Shown here piece by piece: positions 36,519-48,900 of a stretch of DNA of 64,000 bases. This DNA comes from Azolla caroliniana (lineage: Eukaryota > Plantae > Polypodiophyta). Under the pieces are notes generated by a model. The model was not told the origin of the DNA and made no database searches. It saw only the letters and a list, made by a program, of their open reading frames with translations. The stretch covers positions 2,666,001-2,730,000 of the forward strand of contig JBHGNT010000012.1 in the NCBI GenBank assembly GCA_043228905.1, given 5' to 3'. Position numbers and translations under genes: made by a program. Every line of letters starts with the position of its first letter. The stretch's first letter is position 1.

Positions 36519-37882
36519 TAAAAATAATTGATGTAGCCCAACGGTAGGTGTATATTGAATTTGGTATGTGAGGTTGTGGGTTCAAGTGTCAAATGTCAAA
36601 TGTTATTCAATACAATATTTTAGTTTATTTTTATATCCTTTGAAGACACCTTAAAAACAAATAAACTAACCTAGTGGTATGTACTTCTTACTTAGTGTGT
36701 AAGGTTATGGGTTTTAAGTCTCTCAAATATTACTGAATACAATATGTAAGTTTACTTTTATATCGTGAAGCAAATCCTTCACGACAACGCAAAGGATATT
36801 GCGCTATGTCCACGGCACTAAGGATAGGGTGCTGCTATATCGGACCGGTATTGCCGAACAACTCGTCTGTTACTCGGATTCCGATTGGACCGGAAACACC
36901 GGCGATCGTAGATCCACACCTGGGTTCGCTTGGGAGCGCCGCAATCGCCTGGAGCAGCAAGAAGCAGCCGATAGTTGCATTGTCGAGCACGGAGGCTGAG
37001 TATCGAGGAGCGGTTGTCGCGACATGTGAAGCCATTTGGCTCAAGAGGCTACTCAAGGATCTGCAGGTGGAGGTGTCTGCTCCGACAACGATCTACTACG
37101 ACAACCTCATCAGCATCCAACTTGCGAAGAACCCCATCTTCCACGCCCGGACCAAGCACATTGAGATGCACGACCATTTTATCCGCGAGCGTGTCCTCTC
37201 CAGTGAAGTAAACTAGTATATGTTCCGAAGGATCGGTAGACTACCGACATCTTCACCAAGCCCCTTGGTCTACACAAGTTGCGGGCAATTCTCGAGTGCG
37301 CTTGGTTTGCGGCACCTCGACGTCTCGAACTTGAGGGGGAGAAAAGACTAGGAAAGGGAGCAGGAAAGGAGTGGAAGTGACCGTGAAGTCGAGTCGGATG
37401 AAGAATTCGATTTCGGGCAGGCTGAAGAAGCCGAAGGTGGAAACAGGGGCAGCAACCGAAGGGAAGAGCTAGAATCAGCCGAACGAAGGGGAGATGAAGC
37501 CAAGAAGGACAAGAAGGACAAGAAGGCCAAGAACAAGACATGGTCAGATGTGGTCAAGGGCCTGAAGACCGAAAACAAATTAGAGACAACCAATTCAAAC
37601 AAAAGCAAAAACGAATCGGAGACAACCGATTCGATTCGAATGTTCGATTCGGGGACGACGAATCAACTAAAGGCCAAGCAGAAGAAAGGGTAGCGAGAGT
37701 GGCACCAAAACCGCAACAACAAGGGAGCTGGGAAAGGCTGCATGACCGCACAAACCGACCGAAAGGGTCGAGGCGCGCGGAATCAAACGGGTCGAGGAGC
37801 CCGACTAAGGCGTGAAACCAAGGGAAGCCGGAGCGTAGAACTGGAAGAGCATGCGGAACCTCAAGTTGATCTTCAGGGGGAG

Positions 37883-38254
37883 TGTTGAGATATAAGCTCA
37901 ACATTGGGTGCACAAACCGGGTGCACAACGAGAGGCCGTAGCAGTGCGTAAACCGGGAGGTCGATATTACGCGGAGGAATATATTTTGGGAGTTAGTGTA
38001 GGGACTCATTCATGAGCATTGAAGTACGTGTCAGTACTTCTGTCAGTCTATATAGACCTGTATAAAAGTGCTCTCTGAGGACATCCTATGTACAGAGTTT
38101 TAGAGTATTGTTTTGGAATAGAGTTTTCGATGTTCTGCTCTCTCTGTCTCTCCCGCGTATGCTGTGTTGGTTAAGCATTCCATTAAACCTTCTTTGTCTT
38201 TTGTCTTTTGTTACCTGGTTGTGTTTGTTAAGCTTCCTCACATATTCTTTTTCA
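37883..38254 (+). repeat. 3' LTR of copia E1
   Basis: Follows PPT CAGGGGGAG; TGTTGAGA...TTTTTCA; homologous in reverse orientation to the LTR at 38767-39272. Confidence 0.85.
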
Positions 38255-39272
38255 GAGAGAAACAACAGGTTGGGCACAAGAAGGTGTAACTGTATTATTC
38301 AAAAACTGAGTTACAAACGAAAAATGGCCACAACAACACATAAACTAGGTTACAAAGCCCATTATATACTAATTGGGCTAGTGCAAATGCCATTTGACAT
38401 ATTTACATAATTGTCCTAAACCTAGTTTGTCCAAGAGAATGTGAATACGGCCATTATATACCCATACTCGACAAAACACACCAAAACAGAAAAACAGAAG
38501 AAGAAGAAGCAAATGGCAGAAGGAGGAAGGAGAAGAAGAAAGAAGACAGAGACAGATGACAAATGACATGCACGCAAAGGGTGAAGGAGAGCAACAACAA
38601 GGGCAAAAGAATAACCTAGAGAAGAAAGAAGAAAGAACGAAGAAGCAAGCTACCCATAGCTCTGTCCATGTTCCTGTTTTCCAAAGGAAAAAAGGTTCTT
38701 CTCTGTGTCGTCTTTTGCTTTTGGTGTCGGTTGCTGAGGATTCTCAACCCTAACTCTCTAATACCATGAAAAGAGATATGTGCAGAAGCGTTAGGTGAAA
38801 CACAAAGTACACACTCAGTTATCCGAAAACACAAAAGTTAGGTATACATAGAGATGAGAGAGGGAGAGGGAGAGACAAAGTGAGCAGACAACAAACTCTA
38901 TTACAAAAACACTCTGTATATAGAATGTGCTTACAGAGCACTTTTTATACAAGCCTCTGACGTAGTCTGACAAGTACTTGAATGCTCATAACTGAGTATT
39001 TGACACTGACTCCCACAAATATTCCTATTATTATAAATAGAAATATCGATCCTACCAACCTGCCAGCTCCCTATCGATCGGGCCTAGACGATCGGCCTTC
39101 TTCAGATCCGATTTTCGACTTCTTTAGCCGGTTTGGGCCTAGCTTATCGGTCTCTATCTGATCTGGCTTTCGGCTTCTTCAGTCAATCCGAGCCTAGTCG
39201 ATCGGTCTCTATACAATCTGGCTTTTGGCTTCTTCAACCGATCCAGCCCATGTTGAGCTTGCTCACTCAACA
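38255..39272 (-). mobile_element. 5' LTR (38767-39272), PBS and leader of LTR element E2, related to E1
   Basis: Minus strand TGTTGAGTGAGCAAGCTCAACA...CTTTTCA, then Met-type PBS TGGTATTAGAG (38756-38766). The leader is cut by the E1 LTR. Confidence 0.82.
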
Positions 39273-40156
39273 ATGACATGTATATAATCACATACGTATA
39301 GATGTGATCACATATGTATATATATAAAAGAATCAGTAACAAAATATAAATCAACAAATGATGTAATTGAGATACGCAATTGAGGTATGTGGCCTCAATG
39401 CACATGTAACATCCAAAAAATAAGAGTGAACATAATGCGCAATTGATGTATTTACATACTATGCGTACGACACACATTGCATATCAAATACACGGCAATT
39501 GAGGTATTGAACTCATACATAGCATATGTACATTTTATATGAACAAACTATGACCAATACAACATAATTGAATTATTTACATTTTAACATATCAACTTAA
39601 ACATGATTGAGAATGGGAGAAAAAAGAATAGAATAAAAAAATTTATTATTCATGAAAATAAAAGGAAGCACTAAAGTTCCTTTGTTGGCGACTTTCTGGA
39701 TCAAGCTTGGACGAACATCGGTCGATCACTATCCGAAGGAAATCAACATCAACAAAAGAAACATTAGGAAGCCACTTTGATACCATATGTTAGAGATTAT
39801 TTTCAATGTAAGCCTAAGACAATGAATTAAACGATAGATGATAAAGAGGAAGAGAGGGAAAGAAGGGTGACGATCCACGCGAACACCCCTGATCAAAGGG
39901 ATCAAGACGGACCTGACCCTTGATCGTGTCCCATACCATCACCATGGCATCGAGTCGTACCAAGTACTAGCGCATGCTCACCACAAGAGTCTGTTCACCG
40001 TAGGGTCGTAGTCTCGACGTAGTCCAATAATGTTCCTAATGAGGGTAGCTAGGCCTCATATTTATAGCCAAACCTAAGGCACCCAAGCAAGTTCACAAAT
40101 TGCCCTTATGGGTTGTCTCAATTTTTAGGATTATAAGTAATCCCCCCGTCTTTACA
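39273..40156 (-). mobile_element. 5' LTR (39788-40156), PBS and leader of LTR element E3
   Basis: Minus strand TGTAAAGAC...CTCTAACA, 2-nt spacer, PBS TGGTATCAAAG (39775-39785), internal TATAAA. The leader is cut by E2. Confidence 0.72.
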
Positions 40157-42589
40157 CTTTAACCCTCGCACTTTTATTCTCATGTGTAGAATACTACAAT
40201 ACAAACTACAATGGGATAAATTATGGTCATACCCGTAAAGCCATAGCATAAAATATAATAAAACTTCATGGAAGTCGAAAATCAAATGATAAAAGTAACA
40301 CACTTTTTAAATCAAAACTATTTACATAATAAGGATGATGCCAAGTTTTGCTTGATAACAAAGGTGAGAAGCACTATTTAAATCAAAATTGTTTAGAGGA
40401 TAAGGATGATCGTTAGTTTTGCTTGGTGAGAATCCTTAGAGTTAGGTTTGAGCATAAAAATTATTTTTGAAATGGAGAAGAAGACATGCGTCACTAACCT
40501 CTAAATGCCATCAATGAATCTCCTATTTCATGAGTAAACTTCTCTTCCTTCCACTACATGTGGATTGGTGGTATGGCACAATTGATTGTAGAAGTCATGT
40601 TTGTGCGTACTAAATTCTTAATGTATAGGATTGAGCATGTCTTGGCTCTCCTGCTAGGTGGAGGTAAGTTGTTTGTCTATGTTTATTTTATATAGATAGA
40701 TGGATAGATGGATAGATATCATGCCTCATGTGGAGGTTGGCAACCCTAAAGAGCCATAATTCCCTATACAAGTGTCACGCACGTGTAAAAAACAAGTATT
40801 TCTTGAGAGCCCAACCCTTACATATGTTGTCAAATGCATAACGAAGCCCTCTTTTTTGTTTCCATCTAATGACTATCATATTATTCAATGTGATCCACAC
40901 TCTTAGAGAGAAAACGCACATCTTTAGAATACATTTTAGAGTGCTTTGAAGTATTCTACATTTTAGAACTAACATTTAAAAGTGTTTCAGATATTCTACA
41001 TAATTAACAAGCATTTAACATTTCCACAAAAATATTGAACTATTTAACGTATTTTATCTATAAAATGTAAGTATTTAAGTAAAAAGGTAGAATACTTTTA
41101 CAATACGTAACTTACGTATTGTATGTTATGTTTTCTACAACTAATAATTATGAAGAGACTAAAGTGAAGATTATAAATCACTCTTGATTTCCATTGAAAA
41201 TTGGAAACGTGAAGAATGAATCATACAATTACTTATTAAGGAAATTATTTTTAGATGATAGGAATATTATACACTCAATTTGATGTTATTTAAATCCAAC
41301 CAAAGAACTTTTTGCGATCATCCAATGAAATCGTTTCGTGTTCACAATAAACAATCAATCTTTAAAATATTTTTCAATCAACATGACCTTACTAATCATA
41401 ACATTGGATGGCAATATCTCCATAACCAAAATTTGGAAACTTAACGAATCATTTTTATTCAGCGACTAGTAACCATACCAAAGAACTAGGAGACACTCTT
41501 TTTTCCGCTTTGAGGTAGCAAGAAGACCATGTTGACATTGGTGATACAATGATAAATAACATGTAACACAAATTGTGCTAATACACAAATTCCATGCAAT
41601 ATTCCAAAGTCAATATTGTTTGTTGATTAGTAGCAATGCCTAATTACTATAAAGTTCACTCTTTTGTCAAAGTTGAGGTTGCAAGAAGACAATGTTAACA
41701 TTGATCCTACAATGAAAAATAAATAAGGCAAGCTCAAGTCCAATATCCTCCTATACAAATGGTATAATTCACCAAGGGAGTGTTCAAAATGGGGCTCCAT
41801 TAGCATACATTGCGTGCATAGTTTTTAGTTTAGATTTTGTTAAGTTTATTTAAATGTCGACAAGCTGAAACCAATAAAGCTAAACATCCTCCTCTCTTTC
41901 ACTTTAAATGCTTCAAACACAACATTCAATACAAGAATATGTATATACTCCAGGTAATATCAATTTACATGAACGATTGCTGCATCCACCATTGTTACAA
42001 AAAAGAGGTTTAACTACTAGTGTTTATAACTAACTACTAAGTGACTTAATTATAGTTATTGGTTCTCTTCATGATTTCCTATCATAATTGATACATGCAA
42101 AAGATGTGGTTAACATAGGGGGTGAGGGGGAAGAGATTTTGAGGAGTAAGACCAATAAACTACCCACTACATTGTGCCATGCATGAAATCATGGCAATGT
42201 TCCTCCATATAAGTGAAGATATTGGAAAAACCACTCCCCCTTATGCGAAGAGTACAAATATGATAAGGCGAAGATACCGAAAAAGACCACTCTCCCTTAT
42301 ACGAGTATAAAATAAGATAAGAGGGAATGCGAGTGTTTTTCAAGCTGTTCAAATGAGACCTAGTGGGAAAGATTGCATCAAAAGTATGGCCACGAAAGAA
42401 CCAAGAGCGACATTTTTCCGAAGAATGTCGTTCCATTTCAATTCTACAGTTTGGTTAGATTAGGGCAAAATGTTTCATGTGATCTATATTTTTTCTTTTG
42501 TGTTTTTCTCTCAACACAATCTAGGGACTTTTTTTTGTGTTGAGTTGTGAGTGAGATTCATGGTTAGCTTGGTGGCGCGGCCCCGAGGT

Positions 42590-42913
42590 TTACAGAAGGC
42601 CAGAGGTGGCATTGGTAGCGGAGGTTTGTCCAAAGCTGAGAATATCATGAGTGTTATTGTTGTTAAGGTGCGGCATGTTGTGATTGTGGAGATTCGGGGC
42701 CGATGCCGAAGCATTCATATTCATATTCGTATTCATATTCATGTTCGGCATTGCCATTTGCGGGCCGGAATTGTGGAGATCATTCGTGTCGATCATCACA
42801 TAATGTAGATCTTCCGAAGGCTTCCAATGCCGCTTCCGCTGATTTATGAACCAGTTGTTGATCTGCTTCTGATTCAATCCCGTCACCTCTGCGAGCGCCG
42901 CCTTCTCATTCTC
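42590..42913 (-). CDS. KNOX1: KNOX exon 5 (homeodomain helices 2-3 and C-terminal tail)
   Basis: TAG|GAGAAT acceptor; [35 protein letters not shown]; TAA stop. Confidence 0.95.
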   Translation of the reverse strand, partial: ENEKAALAEVTGLNQKQINNWFINQRKRHWKPSEDLHYVMIDTNDLHNSGPQMAMPNMNMNTNMNMNASASAPNLHNHNMPHLNNNNTHDILSFGQTSATNATSGLL

Positions 42914-45900
42914 CTAATGCCATTTACCAATTCATCACCATGACATACATAAAAAGACAAGTAAAAAAAAGACCAGTTGATCTCTATCTATCACCAGAAC
43001 ATGCAATGCATGAAGATATGGATGGATACAAGTGAAAAAAACCACTTGATCTCTATCTATCACCAGAACATGCAATGCATTACGTTATGCATATGGACAC
43101 AAGTGAAAAAAAACCACTTGATCTCTATCTATCACCAGAATATGCCATGCATTAAGATATGGATACAAGTGAAAAAAAACTACTTGATCTTCTGTATCAC
43201 CAGAATATGCAATGCATTAAGATATGGATACAAGTGAAAAAAACCAGTTGATCTTCTCCATCACCAGAATATGCAATGCATTAAGATATGGAACTCAAAG
43301 GGAGGTATATATACATATGATAATGATGCTGAGAAACAAAAAAAAAACACAATGAAACAGCAATAAAATGCAGAAAAACATTAATACATTATCGGGGCGA
43401 TTTCCTGTTCAAAAGAGTTTTAACACAATCTAATTTCTGTCAGTCACCGGAATATAAATTCAAAATGCATAGCATAAGATTGGATCGGATTCCAATGCTG
43501 CAATAAATAAATAAAAGCTGAGAGAACAAAATGTGTGTTGTTGATGATGAATGCAGTTAGTTTTATAATGTACAGATGTATGTGTCCATGTATACAAACA
43601 AATAAATACTGAAGTTTGTTGAGCTAAATCTTAGGCATAAATGCCTGCTGCAGTCTTTAATATAGATTAGACAGAGTTTCTTCTAAAAAGCTCTGTACTG
43701 CCAGAAGATATATTATGAATGTAGACAGTTCAACCCAAAATGGAGCTAAATGCTGGCCTAAATTTGGCCCACATGCTTAACTCAGACCAAAACCCAGAAA
43801 AACACATAAAATAGGAAAAACAAAAAAATAAATAAATTCTAATGGTTCTCGTGTAAAAAATTAAGTGCACAAAATGCTGTGTTGCAATCACAGTTAATGA
43901 AGAGACGTGTGATGAGAGATCACACGAAAGCAAAGAATGAAGAATTGACAAGTTCTTGGTCCTTACAAAAAAAACCCTAACTTACAGGAATTCGACCAAT
44001 GTACTTTCTTCTTCTTTTTATTTCAGTTAATTCCCCATAGCTATATTACAGTGGGTACAATCATGAATACATAATGTATTCATGCAGAGATGATGAATGA
44101 TGATGAATGGTGGCAATGCTATACAGGCCTGATAAAGATCATATTGAAATAAAACACACATTCTGTCATGTAAATGCATATGCACAAATCTTAACTGACA
44201 TAACACATATTGCACAAATCCATGTATAATGCATATGCACAAAAAAATCTTAACTGAACAATTGAATTAATGTATTATGATTTGACATATCCATCATCCA
44301 TGTATCATGAAGACATGATGAATGGTGACACTGCTATACAGGCATGATTAAGATCATATTGAAATAAACACAGATCTGTCATGTATAATGCATATGCACA
44401 AATCGTAAACTGACATAATACATATTGCACAAATCCATGTATAATGCATATGCACAAATCTATACTGACATAATACATATGCACAAATCCATGTATAATG
44501 CATATGCACAAATCTTAATAACTGATAATTGAATATTATTGTATTATGATTTTGACTTACTGATGGATATGGCCACTTGTAATGTTGTGTCCACCATTCC
44601 AAGAGCTTCTGCCTTGCTTCTTTGGGTAGCTTGCCTTTCTTCTTCCGCTTCAGGAATTCTTTCTTCAAGCTACAGATCATAAACCCACTGTATTTCCTCA
44701 ACAGCTGCTGCTTTAGCTGCACTTGATCTTCATGAGCCAGCACCGGATCGATCATGCCATTCATGCTACCCATATTCATCCGAATCTTCGCCTCATCGTC
44801 CACGCCATCATCATCATTCTCATCGTCGTCATCATCATCATCCATAATAGCATTATTAGGTTTATTAGTGTGATTACCATCATTATAATTAGCAGTAGTG
44901 GTAGGCATGTTATGATTATTATGATTAGTATTCATTTGTATGTGGTTTAATAATGCCTGTTGTTGTAATTGTTGCAGTTCTGATTCATTGGTATTGGTAT
45001 TAGTGGTGCCCATCGTCATTATGTTTACATTCATGTTCTTGTAATCTGCTTCACAGCAGCTCCCATCCTCTAGGATCTCTTCCTCATCCCCACTATTCAT
45101 ATTAGAATTCGTTCCCCCTGCAGTAGGAAATGATGTTATAATTAGAGATTAATTATTTTTCACCCATGGTAACTTTGACATGATCATCTTTAATCATTCC
45201 CACCAAAAGTGAAACAAAAAAAACGCCATAAACAAATCAAATCCAAGAACCCTAATCAACATAAGATAGTAGCACAGACTACCACATACATATTATACAT
45301 ATATATATCAGCCAAGATTCAAACTGAAGTTACTTCTAAGTGGTTATATCAATGCTGGGACACCTGAGTGGGTTTAGGGTTTAGGGTTTAGGGTTTACTC
45401 ACACACATCAAAGATGCATGCACCCTTCATAAATCTCTTTTTAACCGCCTTATGTATAATAGATCAAAGCATTATGTGTTGCAGGAATGCAGTATACAGA
45501 TATTAATGCAAGTACTGGGCAATGAATGCATTCTCATACAGATTTAAGTCACTACCAAGCATTATGTAATAGATCAAAGTATATTCAACCGAATCGATCA
45601 TTTGAAGCATTATGTGTTGCAGGAATGCAATAGATCAAAGCATATTCAACCGAATTTGCATCCACTACTGATTTGATAAGAAATCAAGATACAATATTAC
45701 TACTAACTGTACGCATTACTCCAAAAGACAGGGCAATGAATACAGTCTCATACAGATTTAAGTCACTACCAAGCTTTTCTTTCCAAACTAAGCTATTCAT
45801 ACCTAGAAAATCCAAAACCTGACAAGAGCCAGACGGTAATGTTAACGCCATGGTTATAAATTGATACTGATGGGATATGCTTGATCAATTGAGGCAATAT

Positions 45901-48900
45901 ATGATTGAGAGTGAATTACATCCATATTCCTAGCAGACCTTGTTATAACAAGCATGAATCCAGCATGTCTTAACTTGCATTTACTAAAATAAATTCAGAG
46001 CACCATGTCTATTCTCTTCGATGCATGAATTTGGAGGCTGAGAATGCTAAATTGTAGAACATGATATGATCTTCATTTAAAAATATCAGGAATCACAGTT
46101 AAGGAAACTTTGTAAAGGGTTTACAGTTTTATCTATGAAGAGGCTATAAAGAAGAAGGGCATAAGGTCGTGTTAAAAACCCTAACCTTTCAACCATATGT
46201 TTTAATATATATACATATATCATTAAATTACACCACTGTTAATTAGGGAGCACCTTCTCAAAAACATTAGTTATTATTTTCATATCGTTTTTAATTGCTT
46301 TATTTGATTTTTAATTCGTTTATTTCCACAACCCTATTAAGTGGTAATCTATGCAGACCTAACTTTTCATGACTGGTATGTGAGTAGGGCCTTTGCTGAT
46401 TAATTAAGAAATCCAGCCACATAAGACTAATGTAATGTATGTATAGTCCAATGTCGATTTATTCTCTTTGATTGGCTGTCTTATGAAATGATATTTGATG
46501 TCCACAAGGCATTTTCAAATTGCGTGAGTTTTAGAAATTTATTCCAAACTTTTCTTTAATTTCTGCCATGAGCTAAGGATTACTGAGGGCCAATTACTTG
46601 ATGGATTAAGAGAAGCATGCATCATTATAAAAGGATTGAATCTACTATAATGCAGCCAAATTGGCACCATAGTCTGCATCATAATTTAGACATATGAAAA
46701 CGGTATTGGAGGAGGTAATTTCCGGGCCTCTGCATTAACTTAAAACTTCTGCAAATTAGCTTGAAACAACCAGTCCTACGGTTCTCTGCTTCAAATGCTT
46801 GACGATTCGAATGTCCGAGCATCCATGAATAAAATTAGCGAAGAAACTAAAGTTTGTGTGGAGGTGCATTGACATGTCCTATATTGCCATTTCATGGGCC
46901 CAGGATTATATATATAATAATCTTCCTCGCAATGATTTGTATCAAACTGTATTGCTACTACTCGATCTTTAATCAAACTCAGAATCTGATTACGGATCAA
47001 TGTAGATGGCATAGATCAGCTCCATCAATCATCACTAATAGTTCCATGATTGAGACCTAATTGATGGTCTGAGATGGATAGATAACGTGATGGCACTTGC
47101 ATGTAGCTATATAACTAAGCCTCCAAAGACAAAATGATGGAGATGCATCAACGAACCCAGCAATCAGGAGGTCTGTTGTAGATATAGAAACCCTAATTTA
47201 TGGGAACACCGCACTATCATACCCTAATTGATGTATGTATTATAATTTTCTAGATATAGAAACCCTAATTAATGGGAACACAGCCATACCATACCCTAAT
47301 TTGTATGAACTATAATTTGTAGATATAGAAATCCTTATTAATGGGAACACAACACTATCATACCCTAGTTTTGCATGTACTATAATTTGTGGATACAGAA
47401 ACCCTAATTTATGTGAACACCGCACTATCATACCCTCATTGATGTATGTACTATAATTTGTAGATATAGAAACCCTAATTTATGGGAACATAGCACTATA
47501 GATACCCTAATTTGTATCTACTATAATTTGTAGATATAGAAGCGCTAATTAATGGGAACGGAAAACACAATCAACACCCTGATATATTTGTATGTACTAT
47601 AATCTATAGATATAGAAACCCTAATTTATGGGATCATAGCACTATTAATACCCTAATTTGTATGTGCTATAATTTGTAGATACAGAAGCCCTAATAAATA
47701 GGAACACAAAACACAATCAACACCCTGATATATTTGTATGTACTATAATATGTAGATATAGAAACCCTAACCCTAATTAATGGGAATACAAAACACAATC
47801 AACACCCTAATTTGTATGCACTATAATTTGTAGATATCGAAGCCCTAATTAATGGGAACACAAAACACAATCAACACCCTAATTTATATGTACTATAATT
47901 TGTAGATATAGAAGCCCTAATTAATGGCAACAAAAAACACAATCAACACCCTAATTTGTATGCACTATAATTTGTAGATATCGAAGCCCTAATTAATGGG
48001 AACACAAAACACAATCAACACCCTAATTTGTATGCACTATAATTTGTAGATAAAGAAACCCTAATTAATGGGAACACAAAACACAATCAAAACCCTAATT
48101 TGTGATGGTGAGGGGAAGCCAAGGTACCTGGGTCGTTTTTGGAATTAGGTCTGTGCAGGGAGGAGAGGGTGATGAGGAGCTGCGCCTCCATTCGCTTCAG
48201 AAACGCCTGCGCTTCCTCCAGGCACGTACTGATTCCACCCACCTGCCGCTCCAGCACCTCCGAATACACGTGCTAATCATCAAATTAAACCCCCCAAAAA
48301 AAAATTTATCTCAGACAAATTCACCCCCTATCTCCACAGGGAATTATTATGCAGACCTAATTCTCTGATTTTTCACACTTCTTCTGCGCAAATCTATATA
48401 ACTGTATCTTCAAGTAGATTATTTAGTAATTTTTAGATCAATAATAAGAGCATTCTGAGTAATTTTATATCAATTTTAAGAGAAAATTAATAAATTTATA
48501 TCCCATTCTGAGTAATTTTATATCAATTTTAAGAGAAAATTAAAAATTTTATATCGCATTCTGAATAATTTTAAATCAATAATAAGAGAAAATTAGAAAA
48601 TTTATATCGCATTCTGAGTAATTTTAAATCAATAATAAGAGAAGATTTAAAAAAATTATATCGCATTCTGAGTAATTTTAAATCAATAATAAGAGAAAAT
48701 TTAAAAAAATTATATCGCATTCTGAGATTCGGTAAATCATTTCGCTGTCTCTCTTTTTTCTGTCAGTGCGCGAGTGGCCCACTCTGACATAAATTACCAT
48801 GAATTCATCAAGCTCGGGATCATCTCCTACAGCAGAGGCTGTGCTGTTAGTGGCGGTTGGGGCCGCAGAGCTCGCCATTAACAGTAATGGATGATGATTC

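Larger units (their letters stand above)
19783..36786 (-). mobile_element. Rearranged non-chromovirus Ty3/gypsy element G (fungal-like; Phygy/Selgy-type by inference)
   Basis: Homologous but diverged LTRs at 33942-36786 (5', interrupted by a MULE) and 19783-~21075 (3', interrupted by a MITE). Degenerate 4-bp TSD GCGT/ACGC (from GCGC). Internal gag-PR, RT, RNase H and integrase. Confidence 0.75.
18519..38254 (+). mobile_element. Ty1/copia element E1 (5' part outside the window), interrupted by Ty3 element G, with most of RT deleted
   Basis: GAG-pre-integrase and integrase at 18519-19750 (LWQKRFGH, CQLGKQHR, IHSDVWGP, LRSDRGKEY). RT end and RNase H at 36787-37330 (RILRYVHG, AWSSKKQPIVALSSTEAEY, HARTKHIE). 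The flanks of G rejoin in frame as LQCA|QRILRY. PPT then LTR at 37883-38254. Confidence 0.85.

Noticed and set aside
37179-38009. Minus-strand ORFs in the copia 3' region as an antisense or env-like gene
   Set aside because: Ser/Leu/Phe-rich shadows of a purine-rich plus strand; the plus frame continuous with Pol is the better explanation.
42167-42436. Short minus-strand ORF just downstream of KNOX
   Set aside because: No recognisable domain; likely 3' UTR or a decayed repeat.
44354-44560. C-terminal part of ORF 44354-45100 as KNOX coding sequence
   Set aside because: It is read-through into intron 4 past the canonical GTAAGT donor at the conserved WPYPS|E position.
45373-45396. Telomere or chromosome-fusion scar
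   Set aside because: Only about three TTTAGGG units inside an intron; treated as telobox motifs.
47178-48101. Regular repeat arrays here and at 42955-43290, 48425-48726 and 59703-60270 as CRISPR arrays
   Set aside because: Units are contiguous tandem copies without unique spacers, there are no cas genes, and the context is eukaryotic intron or intergenic DNA.
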